Origin: an uncultured Flavobacteriales bacterium
Lineage (GTDB): Bacteria > Bacteroidota > Bacteroidia > AKYH767-A > 2013-40CM-41-45
Assembly (NCBI GenBank): GCA_964356415.1
Contig: CAYHHK010000009.1
Span: 1 to 54,543 of the forward strand
Direction: 5' to 3'
Length of the DNA stretch: 54,543 nucleotides
Shown: positions 8,015 through 15,671 of the stretch, piece by piece
Layout of the letters: every line of letters starts with the position of its first letter
Position numbering within the stretch: position 1 is the first letter of the stretch
Program-made: the position numbers and the translations under genes
The notes under the pieces: model-generated
Database searches by the model: none
What the model was told of the DNA's origin: nothing
What the model saw: the letters and a program-made list of their open reading frames with translations, nothing else

Positions 8015-9001
8015 GAACTTTTTGCCCTTACCTATCTAATTGCTGGAATATCCTAAAGACAATAAACTACAACGTAATTTGAAAAGATCAGCGTGAATGT
8101 TAAAAATTATTGTATGAAACAATGGACAATCAGCAGCCAAGACCCTAAAACGAAAGTAATGGGTAAGGTTCAGAGACTATCTCGTAAGAGAGTACACAAT
8201 TTAAAACTGTGGAAATGGTAGGAGTAACAATAAAAACAGTAAAAATATACACACTTGAGCATCCTATAACACAGGAAATTCGGTATGTAGGTAAAACAAC
8301 ACAGACTTTAAATCGTAGGTGTAACGGGCATATTAGTAAAAGATCAAATGCACACGTTACTTGCTGGGTTAAAAGTTTAAAAAAGCAAAATTTGTTTCCG
8401 AAAATACAATTACTTGATGAAGTAGATTATCAAATCTGGGCTGAAACTGAAAAATATTGGATTTCACAGTTACGCACTTGGGGATTTAATTTATGTAACC
8501 ATAGTGATGGCGGAGAAAGTGGAAGAGAAGGTGTTTCTTTGACTCAAGCACAGAAAGATTATTTATCTGTATTGAATACAGGACGCACCATGTCTGAACA
8601 ATCAAAACTAATTATTGCTCAAAAAGTTAGTGCTGCATGGCGACGTAAGCAACTGGCACAAGTGTTTAAATACCAACAACCAAAAATTGCAAAAGAACAG
8701 TATGTTTTTACACAAGACCATAAAACCAATATTAAAAACAGATTAGTAGGCAGGAAATTACCGCAATCAGTAATTGATAAAATGGTAGAAACTCGCAAAA
8801 AATCTATTCAACAGTGTGATAATAACGGATCTATTATAAAATCTTGGGATTCTGCAAAAACAGCATCTGAAGTTTTAAACATTAATAGTTCGACAATACG
8901 ACATTGTTTACGTGGCAGTAAGAAAACTGCCGGAGGTTTTAAATGGTCTTTTTGTTACTAAGATATAGTCCAGCCCCTTTAGAAATTTTGGGGAACAACT
9001 G
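8015..9001 (+). mobile_element. Group I intron (td-like) interrupting the Sak4-like ATPase gene, carrying a GIY-YIG endonuclease ORF
   Basis: - P1: exon AGGGT (8010-8014) pairs with GCCCT (8024-8028), with a U.G pair at the splice site.
- P10: TTTTT (8019-8023) pairs with exon 2 AAAGA (9002-9006).
- P7: GACTAT (8175-8180) pairs with ATAGTC (8965-8970), as in the T4 td intron.
- P9: hairpin CCCC 8974-8977 / GGGG 8990-8993.
- The terminal G is g9001.
- The junction is in frame and gives ...IEKQG|KEVNAVELDL. Confidence 0.7.
8215..8961 (+). CDS. GIY-YIG homing endonuclease (I-TevI-like), intron-encoded
   Basis: KIYTLEHPITQEIRYVGKTTQTLNRRCNGH is the GIY-YIG core, followed by EKYWISQLRTWGFNLCNHSDGG. 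The C-terminal NUMOD1-like HTH is IIKSWDSAKTASEVLNINSSTIRHCLRGSKKTAGGFKWSF. The ATG is at 8215; the ORF track starts at a GTG at 8209. Confidence 0.85.
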   Translation: MVGVTIKTVKIYTLEHPITQEIRYVGKTTQTLNRRCNGHISKRSNAHVTCWVKSLKKQNLFPKIQLLDEVDYQIWAETEKYWISQLRTWGFNLCNHSDGGESGREGVSLTQAQKDYLSVLNTGRTMSEQSKLIIAQKVSAAWRRKQLAQVFKYQQPKIAKEQYVFTQDHKTNIKNRLVGRKLPQSVIDKMVETRKKSIQQCDNNGSIIKSWDSAKTASEVLNINSSTIRHCLRGSKKTAGGFKWSFCY

Positions 9002-9214
9002 AAAGAAGTGAACGCTGTCGAGTTGGACTTAACCGGCAGACTAAAATCTATCACCTGCGCTGATGCTGATGCTGTCGGATACCTTTACCGGGACAGTGAA
9101 AGTAAACTGCGCATCAATTTTGCCGCCTCTGACAATGTACTTTGCGGAAGCAGGCCGGCACATTTAGCGGGTGCTGATGTCGAGGCCTTATGGTCAAACA
9201 TCTTCATAGATTAA
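9002..9214 (+). CDS. Sak4/AAA_24-like ATPase, exon 2
   Basis: KEVNAVELDLTGRLKSITCADADAVGYLYRDSESKLRINF matches the C-terminal AAA_24 pattern (l.gk....  .D.vg.l). It is in frame with exon 1 once 8015-9001 is removed. The spliced product would be 243 aa. Confidence 0.65.
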   Translation, partial: KEVNAVELDLTGRLKSITCADADAVGYLYRDSESKLRINFAASDNVLCGSRPAHLAGADVEALWSNIFID

Positions 9215-9256
9215 TTTTCAATTCAATTAATTATCAATCCTTTAAATTTTAATAGC

Positions 9257-9655
9257 ATGTCAACAGAAACAACAACAACCCCAGGCGTAGAAAAGAAAAT
9301 GGTTATTTTAAGCGTAGCCGGTCTTCGTAAAGACATCATGGAACTCGGACTTACCCGTGCAGAAATGGCAACCAAATACGATCTCGCCGCGCCTAAAATT
9401 CTTCAGGCACTGAAACAGGCTGGCCTTGACAAGATCAAAGCTGAACCTTTCCGTTTAGTGTTTGACGAAGCCACCGAAGCACCTGCAGTTGTTGCAGTAG
9501 CATCAGCACCGGCCCCAGTAATTGCTGCGGCACCAGCAGTTCGGATTGCATCACCAGCAGTACCGGTGACTGAAACAGCAGTGTTTGACACTGTTGCTGA
9601 TAACCCATGGCCAGTGATTGCTGCACCAGTAGCAGTTGAAGAAGCCATCGTTTAA
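9257..9655 (+). CDS. Hypothetical protein with Ala/Pro/Val-rich C-terminal half
   Basis: The ORF is preceded by an AT-rich spacer. The sequence has a low-complexity APAVVAVASAPAPVIAAAPAV tract. Confidence 0.6.
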   Translation: MSTETTTTPGVEKKMVILSVAGLRKDIMELGLTRAEMATKYDLAAPKILQALKQAGLDKIKAEPFRLVFDEATEAPAVVAVASAPAPVIAAAPAVRIASPAVPVTETAVFDTVADNPWPVIAAPVAVEEAIV

Positions 9656-9711
9656 TCGTCGGCGTTTTCAGTGCTGAAATTTCAATTTTTATTCATTTTT
9701 AAATTCTTATC

Positions 9712-10530
9712 ATGGCAAATGTAAAAGGTAATGTCGGCGAAGCCACAGTAGTAGGCGACAGGAAATTGTTTACCGGAATTGTACCGGTTCAGGTGATGAA
9801 ATTTAATCCTACCAAGGCGGAATTAGTTGCTGACGGGATTGATTTTCAGAACGAGATCGTGTACACCACGGATAAACAACTCGAAGGTGGCCTCGTTGTA
9901 AAGGCTACCCGTTTGGATATCTGGGTTGCAAACCCGAATTACGGGGTAAGCACCAAGATTTCCATCTTCCTGGAAGACAGGGCACGCACAAATAAGGATA
10001 ACACCAAGATGCAGTGGATCAATTCATTTGGTCAATGTACCTGGGGTTCCCTCACTGCCCCTCCTTCAGATCCTACGGTTCTGAAATGGTTCAGCTTGAA
10101 AGATGTTCGTCCTGCCTTCGTTGGCGAGGAAGAACTGATCAAGTTCCTGTCCAAATGGGCCAACGCTTCCCCGAAAGAGGAGTTGTTCCTTGACGCCTTA
10201 CCAGCGTTGATTCGCACCGGTAATGTATCGGAGTTGCGCAGTTTACTCCCGGTGTTCGGTGAGAAAAACCGTGTTCGCGTATTGCTTACCGTTACCCCAC
10301 AGGAAAAAGACGGCGTGACCAAGTATTACCAGAACGTGTTTCCACGCCATTTTGAGCGTTGGAACATCACCAGCAACACCAGTTGGGATAAGCAGTTTGC
10401 CAACCCGCTGGGAGAACCAAAAGGTGTGTGGACACTGGAACTGAAGGAATTCAAGGCTCCGGAAACACACCCTGATGCTGATCCTGCACAGACTGCAATG
10501 GCAGTGAACACTGAAGATGCACCCTGGTAA
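9712..10530 (+). CDS. Candidate single-stranded DNA-binding protein
   Basis: It lies between the Sak4-like ATPase and the primase. The C-terminus is acidic and aromatic (AVNTEDAPW), like the tails of T7 gp2.5 and bacterial SSBs. No direct fold evidence is available. Confidence 0.35.
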   Translation: MANVKGNVGEATVVGDRKLFTGIVPVQVMKFNPTKAELVADGIDFQNEIVYTTDKQLEGGLVVKATRLDIWVANPNYGVSTKISIFLEDRARTNKDNTKMQWINSFGQCTWGSLTAPPSDPTVLKWFSLKDVRPAFVGEEELIKFLSKWANASPKEELFLDALPALIRTGNVSELRSLLPVFGEKNRVRVLLTVTPQEKDGVTKYYQNVFPRHFERWNITSNTSWDKQFANPLGEPKGVWTLELKEFKAPETHPDADPAQTAMAVNTEDAPW

Positions 10531-10544
10531 ATAAACAGTAGCCC

Positions 10545-11549
10545 ATGATTACAGGTCATTTAGGCGTTTCAAAAGAAGATGTTCTTACGCGGGTAAGTGA
10601 GCGAGAGTTATTCTCTGCTTACTGCCCCGGGTTTGAACGCGTTGGTGAGTTTTTCCCCGGTAATTTAAGATCGTCGGATAGTTTAGCCAGTGCACATGTT
10701 GAAATGCTTAGTGGCAAACTTCGTTACAAGGATTTCGGCGATTCGAATAACGGGAGCATGGATATTTGGGCTTATGTAGGTGCAAGATACGGATTGAATT
10801 TCCTGGGAGTAGTTGATAAAATCTCCCAGGATTTCAATCTGAATCATAGTACTGTACCTTACCCGTCTTTACCGACACATTTTACCGGTGAACAGTTGCC
10901 AAAAAAGCAACGAATGATTAAACGTCTGCAAATCAAGCAGCGTCAGTGGCAGCAATGCGACAAAGAATATTGGAGTGACAGGTATTTCATCACCCGCAAT
11001 GAACTTGAATTGTTTAACGTGGCACCAATATCGGATTTCTGGATCGATTACAGGCATATTCGTGCAGAAAAACAATCATACTGCTATAATTACTACTACT
11101 TTGAAAACTACCTGTTAAGAAAAATCTATCAACCCCTGTCGGAAACATACAAATGGTACTCGAATATCAACAGTACTGTTGTTCAGGGAATTGATAACAT
11201 TCCAAAAACACATCCTTTGCTGATCATCACCAAATCAATGAAGGATTTAATCATCCTGCACAAACTTGGCTATCCGGCTATTGCCCCGAACAACGAAATG
11301 GGGTGGATACCGGATGCTGTTTGGGCAAAGTTTCTTCAGCGTTACCCAAAAATGGTAATACTGTTTGATACTGATCCCGCCGGCATTGCCAGTGCGCAGA
11401 AATTTTCACAAATCTACAATCTTCCTTACATCAATATCCCGGCGGCACCCGGGGTAAAAGATATAAGTGATTTTGTTTATCAATCCCGCAGCCTTGGTGA
11501 GACTGCACAATTAATGGAAGGATTATTGCGCGATGTTACAATCCGATGA
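10545..11549 (+). CDS. Toprim-domain DNA primase
   Basis: LLIITKSMKDLIILHKLGYPAIAP...MVILFDTDPAGIASAQKF matches the Toprim pattern (E/K..D...L...G........DxDxAG). Confidence 0.75.
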   Translation: MITGHLGVSKEDVLTRVSERELFSAYCPGFERVGEFFPGNLRSSDSLASAHVEMLSGKLRYKDFGDSNNGSMDIWAYVGARYGLNFLGVVDKISQDFNLNHSTVPYPSLPTHFTGEQLPKKQRMIKRLQIKQRQWQQCDKEYWSDRYFITRNELELFNVAPISDFWIDYRHIRAEKQSYCYNYYYFENYLLRKIYQPLSETYKWYSNINSTVVQGIDNIPKTHPLLIITKSMKDLIILHKLGYPAIAPNNEMGWIPDAVWAKFLQRYPKMVILFDTDPAGIASAQKFSQIYNLPYINIPAAPGVKDISDFVYQSRSLGETAQLMEGLLRDVTIR

Positions 11550-11719
11550 GTATTGCAGGGCCACTGTAACCGTGGTGGCCAATTGCATCAAGCGCAAATG
11601 TGTAGTGTCTGTAATCAAACCTGCAGACCAATCAGCGCAAGATTACATTCAAACACATTTGACAGGCAACGGTTTACGAGTTATTTCTATTTCTAATTTG
11701 ATTACTAAATCTTTGAATA

Positions 11720-12223
11720 ATGAGAACAATCATAATTGTATCAGCGAAAACAGGCGGCAGGTCAACAATCAACAGTGCAGCCTTGAATTGGTCTGAATTA
11801 CAGGCAGATTTAACCGCCGCAGGCATCGAGTTTGCCGGCATGACAGTCTTGGAAAAGGTTAATTACAGTTCACTGGAGCATGGCGAAGCCCGTATTCCTG
11901 AAGGAGAATTCACGCTTTATCTGATGCCAAAGAAAATCAAGGGTGGCAGCTTGATTTCCCTCGAAACCCTGGATGCTATGGTATCCAGCCTGGAGAGTAT
12001 CGTGGAAGATGCCCGTGGCCTCATCTCCGATGGTGATGGGGGTACTGATGAGAATGACGAACCATTGCCTTTCGACGAAGAAGAAGTCTTAACCGACGCC
12101 GGCTTCGATTTCAAGGCACGCGTTCAGATCATCAATGCCCAGTTGGAAGAGTTGCTGATCAACCCTACCAATGACCCTGAAGTTGCAGAAGCACTTGCAA
12201 TTCAGAAAATGATCAACGGATAA
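11720..12223 (+). CDS. Ubiquitin-like (beta-grasp) protein with an internal Gly-Gly at residues 75-76 and a 91-aa acidic C-terminal extension
   Basis: Residues 1-76 are MRTIIIVSAKTGGRSTINSAALNWSELQADLTAAGIEFAGMTVLEKVNYSSLEHGEARIPEGEFTLYLMPKKIKGG. This segment shows a ubiquitin-like strand/helix periodicity and ends in GG at exactly residue 76 (nt 11942-11947). It lies in the same gene block as the JAB and E1-like genes. Confidence 0.55.
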   Translation: MRTIIIVSAKTGGRSTINSAALNWSELQADLTAAGIEFAGMTVLEKVNYSSLEHGEARIPEGEFTLYLMPKKIKGGSLISLETLDAMVSSLESIVEDARGLISDGDGGTDENDEPLPFDEEEVLTDAGFDFKARVQIINAQLEELLINPTNDPEVAEALAIQKMING

Positions 12224-12245
12224 TTCCCGTAGTGTAGTTATTCAG

Positions 12246-12279
12246 ATTCCCGGCAGGTGGCAGCTTGTCGGGAATTTTT
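12246..12279 (+). terminator. Rho-independent terminator
   Basis: ATTCCCGGCA (12246-12255) pairs with TGTCGGGAAT (12266-12275), a 10-bp stem with one G.U pair, followed by TTTT. Confidence 0.6.
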
Positions 12280-12302
12280 ACTCACCTTAAATTTAATTTG
12301 TG

Positions 12303-14429
12303 ATGGAAGCAATGACCCCTGAAGACAGGGCTTTTATTGAAAGCTGGAGAGCAGGGGAGAGTTTACCACCAACCCCCACTGTTTGGCAAGATCCGGTAAC
12401 GCATAGCGAGGCCACTGAACCCGACGTAATTTTACTTGAAAATAATATTGATCCTGTTTCCTTAATCGATGCAGTGCGTCCTTTACAGGATGCTTATAAT
12501 GAAATGTCTTTTCGTACTGCTGTTTCAGCAGCGCGATTGGGTAGAGAATCAGAACGTATAGTAGTGGGAAGCGGTGGTGTAGAGTCTCCTATTGATACTC
12601 GCGAAAGACAGATACAGGAAGATGCTGCTGAATTAGCACGAATTCGTGGTAACATGCTTGACGGTCAAAGTACCCCGCCACCAGGATCAGTTTATCGCCC
12701 ACCGGCAGCACAAGTTGCTGATCCAGTTCAACATCCTTCAAGATTAGCTGCAAGGCGTGCTGAACAATTAGCAAGGAATCGTGAGCGAATTGACATGTCT
12801 CGAGAATTTCAGGAAAGACCGCCACTTGGCCCGACACCCAGTAGGCCAGGAATGAGTGGAGAACCTTTTACAGTAGAAATTCGCGCAAGACAATCAGGAT
12901 TAACAGATCGTTTAGCGCATTCTGGGCATATTGACAATGTTCCAGCGGACACCACATGGCAACCCGCTGTTTTATTTCAAACCCGGGATGACGCCAATGA
13001 TTTCTTTGATGCTTTATCGGCAGTTGTACAAGGTCAAGTGATTGATTTGACTCATGCTACTTTAATTTCGCGACTCACAGAGTACCTAAATTCCCCGGAA
13101 AATGTAACTGTCAGGCGTTTTGCATTGACTGCTGCAGATCGCGCAATGTTGGAAAGAGAAGGTGTTCGCCAATTATGGGATGCAGCAAGAGTTGCAAGAT
13201 TATCCCGGGAACGTACAATTCGCAATACTCCTCCTGTACCGCAAATTGACGACAGATCAATTGTAGTTCATCCAAATGGCAGGATGCAAATGATGTCTGC
13301 TGCTGAACTTGAAGTATTTTTATCACGCCCTGCACTGGCACCTGATGGGTTGGATTTTGTTTACCTTAACGGTATCACTAAAGAGCAACTTACACGCGAT
13401 GAACAGATGGTGGTTGAAGCACTGGGAGAAGTTTATCCTGGTAGGAGTGAGTATAGAAAATCGGGAACATCGCGACAGATTTTATTTCACATTCCTTCTG
13501 TAACTATTACTGATGGTAACGATGATCATGAATTGCTTTTACGCGATCTCTATACTGAAATTCACCTGGAGATGGATACGACAACCGGTAAACTGCTGAA
13601 TTTCAACAATTGTTTTCTGAAGCGCGCAACTTTCTCCTATGCCGAAGCTGTTGCTGATTATTCTTATTCACACGCTGCGAATGGTTCTTTATTATATAGC
13701 GAGGATTTTGGTAGCTTGTGTTTGGGAAATTCCATTATGTCTGCAAAGGCAGTAGAATTAAACAGACGCGTTACCAAAGATAATGTGGAAGCCTTTCTGA
13801 TTTTATTTTACTCTTACTATAGTTGGGAAAGTCTCGAAGGTGGGCCATATAAGCACATGACTGATGTTCAGGCCAGTGTACTGCTTAATGGTCACGCAAC
13901 ACTTAATAATGTTGAAATTCTCAACACCACCAAATCTATAATAAATTCTGAATCAATGATTCCGGGGCTTACTACAGACAAAATTGGTGATATATCGACA
14001 CTTTACATTGACAGTACACATCCCGGATTCCATCAATTACTTATAGACAGCGGCATACCCACCTGTTTTTATGAAGGTTCTACAGGTTCGTATAAAATAC
14101 TGTCAAGAGTCGGTAATGGTAATCCACAAACTTTTCCGGAAGGAAGCACTCTTCTGCGGTTTCGTAACCGAAATATTCGTTTGCATGTTGATTCGTCAGA
14201 TGTAGCAGACACATCTGTTTTAAAGACAGTTGTATATCCTGAACATGCTGATATGGTTGCCTCCAAACTTACACAAATTTTTAATAATCTGCTTTATAAA
14301 CATGTCCCTAATTCGGGATTTGATGCGCAAACAGTTATCAATCAGATTCCTCCAATTCAATTGCCTGTAGGAATTCCGGTACTCAATGTTGCAGAAACAG
14401 TTGAACAGTTCGAACTTCAATTTTCATAA
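12303..14429 (+). CDS. Large hypothetical protein with a candidate E2 (UBC)-like region
   Basis: The ORF encodes about 709 aa. See the domain feature at 13478-13860. It sits directly upstream of the JAB and E1-like genes. Confidence 0.75.
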   Translation: MEAMTPEDRAFIESWRAGESLPPTPTVWQDPVTHSEATEPDVILLENNIDPVSLIDAVRPLQDAYNEMSFRTAVSAARLGRESERIVVGSGGVESPIDTRERQIQEDAAELARIRGNMLDGQSTPPPGSVYRPPAAQVADPVQHPSRLAARRAEQLARNRERIDMSREFQERPPLGPTPSRPGMSGEPFTVEIRARQSGLTDRLAHSGHIDNVPADTTWQPAVLFQTRDDANDFFDALSAVVQGQVIDLTHATLISRLTEYLNSPENVTVRRFALTAADRAMLEREGVRQLWDAARVARLSRERTIRNTPPVPQIDDRSIVVHPNGRMQMMSAAELEVFLSRPALAPDGLDFVYLNGITKEQLTRDEQMVVEALGEVYPGRSEYRKSGTSRQILFHIPSVTITDGNDDHELLLRDLYTEIHLEMDTTTGKLLNFNNCFLKRATFSYAEAVADYSYSHAANGSLLYSEDFGSLCLGNSIMSAKAVELNRRVTKDNVEAFLILFYSYYSWESLEGGPYKHMTDVQASVLLNGHATLNNVEILNTTKSIINSESMIPGLTTDKIGDISTLYIDSTHPGFHQLLIDSGIPTCFYEGSTGSYKILSRVGNGNPQTFPEGSTLLRFRNRNIRLHVDSSDVADTSVLKTVVYPEHADMVASKLTQIFNNLLYKHVPNSGFDAQTVINQIPPIQLPVGIPVLNVAETVEQFELQFS
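13478..13860 (+). other. Candidate E2/UBC-like catalytic region (tentative)
   Basis: A beta-meander-like stretch ILFHIPSVTITDG...LYTEIHLEMDTTTGKLLNF is followed by YSHAANGSLLYSEDFGSLCLGNS. That second block compares with the E2 pattern HPN-x(6-10)-G-x-I-C-L; the Cys codon is at 13719-13721. Next comes VEAFLILFYSYYSWESLEGGPY, comparable to the E2 helix ending in a Pro-containing loop. Confidence 0.3.
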
Positions 14430-14444
14430 CCTTAAACCAAATTT

Positions 14445-15671
14445 ATGTCACATACAAAGCGTTTTTTAGAAGACCACCCGAATGCCAAATCATTTTCAGA
14501 TGTTGGCCACTGGCCCACAGGGTTATTTGATCAGGGGTCTTCACCAGAAGAACCAAGAACATACCCACGGCGCTTATCGGAAGTGCAGATTCCCGGAGTA
14601 CCGGAACTGGTTATATCCCATAAACTACAGGCACAAATCGATTATCTTCATTCCAATGTAGGCACAATGGAATGGTCTGGTATTCTTTTGTACAAAATAT
14701 TCTCCGGCACCCTGGCTGATCCTGCCAACATGAAAATTGTTGCAAAACAACTGTTTCTGATGAACATTGGTAGCAGCACTTACACAGAATTCTTTACCGG
14801 CGTAGGTGTTCTGAAGATGTACGACATGATTCCTGATGCAGAATATTGCAGAATGGGATTGATTCACTCACATCACAACATGGGTGCATTTTTCAGCGGT
14901 ACTGACATCCAGGAACTGCACGACAATTCACCATATCACGCGTTTTATCTTTCGCTTATCGTTGATTTTCAGGGTACTTACAAAGCCCGGATTGCAATCG
15001 AAGCTGAAGCTGCTGAAACAATTAAAATTAAAGATGTGGATTCACAACCTATCCAGGTTGCTCTTGAAACAAAATCAATGGCTTCCGGTAAAGTTCTCGG
15101 AATGATTGATATCAAAGTCATTAATCCGCCTTTGATTGATAATTTGTTCAAGGATCATTACCATAGTGTTGCGAATTTACTCAAGAAACCTGTTGCACCA
15201 ACACGGGTTTTATGGGGTGAGCAGACTATGTTACCTGCTCCGATTATTCCTGTTGCGCCGATAGTTGTGGGAAGTATTCCAATCGGTGTAAGCAAGCGCA
15301 TGGTCAACAAGATGACAGCGCTGTTGTTATCTAAAGGCGATTACCCTACATTACCGGAAGCATTCGCAAAGCATTCCCAGGCCATTGATCGCACTTCAGC
15401 ATCACAGGTTTGTCACGCTTTAAATGATAACTGGAGTTTCGATTTCATAATGCGTTGTTTAACCGATGTCTTTGGACTTCCTTGGGTTGAAAAATTCATA
15501 GATGGTGGCGCATCAACGCCTGATGGTATTGAAATGAATATGATGGTAACTGAACTGCTTCAACAATGTTCGGAGAAAGTTGCCAATCTTCTCAAACCCA
15601 CCAGCGGTAGTGTGCTTTTATCCAAAATGATTAGCGAATTAGACCTCGCTGAATTAGTAACACTCTCATGA
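14445..15671 (+). CDS. JAB/MPN (JAMM) metallopeptidase domain protein
   Basis: The sequence has a perfect JAMM signature, HSHHNMGAFFSGTD (H-x-H-x7-S-x-x-D, nt 14865-14906). The upstream Glu is present in MEWSGILLY. The C-terminal roughly 200 aa are unassigned. Confidence 0.85.
   Translation: MSHTKRFLEDHPNAKSFSDVGHWPTGLFDQGSSPEEPRTYPRRLSEVQIPGVPELVISHKLQAQIDYLHSNVGTMEWSGILLYKIFSGTLADPANMKIVAKQLFLMNIGSSTYTEFFTGVGVLKMYDMIPDAEYCRMGLIHSHHNMGAFFSGTDIQELHDNSPYHAFYLSLIVDFQGTYKARIAIEAEAAETIKIKDVDSQPIQVALETKSMASGKVLGMIDIKVINPPLIDNLFKDHYHSVANLLKKPVAPTRVLWGEQTMLPAPIIPVAPIVVGSIPIGVSKRMVNKMTALLLSKGDYPTLPEAFAKHSQAIDRTSASQVCHALNDNWSFDFIMRCLTDVFGLPWVEKFIDGGASTPDGIEMNMMVTELLQQCSEKVANLLKPTSGSVLLSKMISELDLAELVTLS

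Noticed and set aside
9666-9679. The palindrome TTTCAGTGCTGAAA after the 9257..9655 gene could be a terminator.
   Set aside because: The stem is only 5-6 bp, AT-rich and has a minimal loop. It is too weak to call, although a T-rich tract does follow.
11533-11796. An 87-aa ORF spans the primase-Ubl intergenic region.
   Set aside because: It overlaps the primase end by 17 nt and the Ubl gene by 77 nt. It has an odd composition and no motif. The 170-nt spacer (11550-11719) is more likely non-coding; it contains a GGCCAC/GTGGCC hairpin with no T-run.
13252-13290. VVHPNGRM in the 709-aa protein could be the E2 HPN motif.
   Set aside because: No Cys follows within the expected 8-12 residues. The HAAN...GSLCLG block about 140 residues downstream is a better, though still tentative, candidate.
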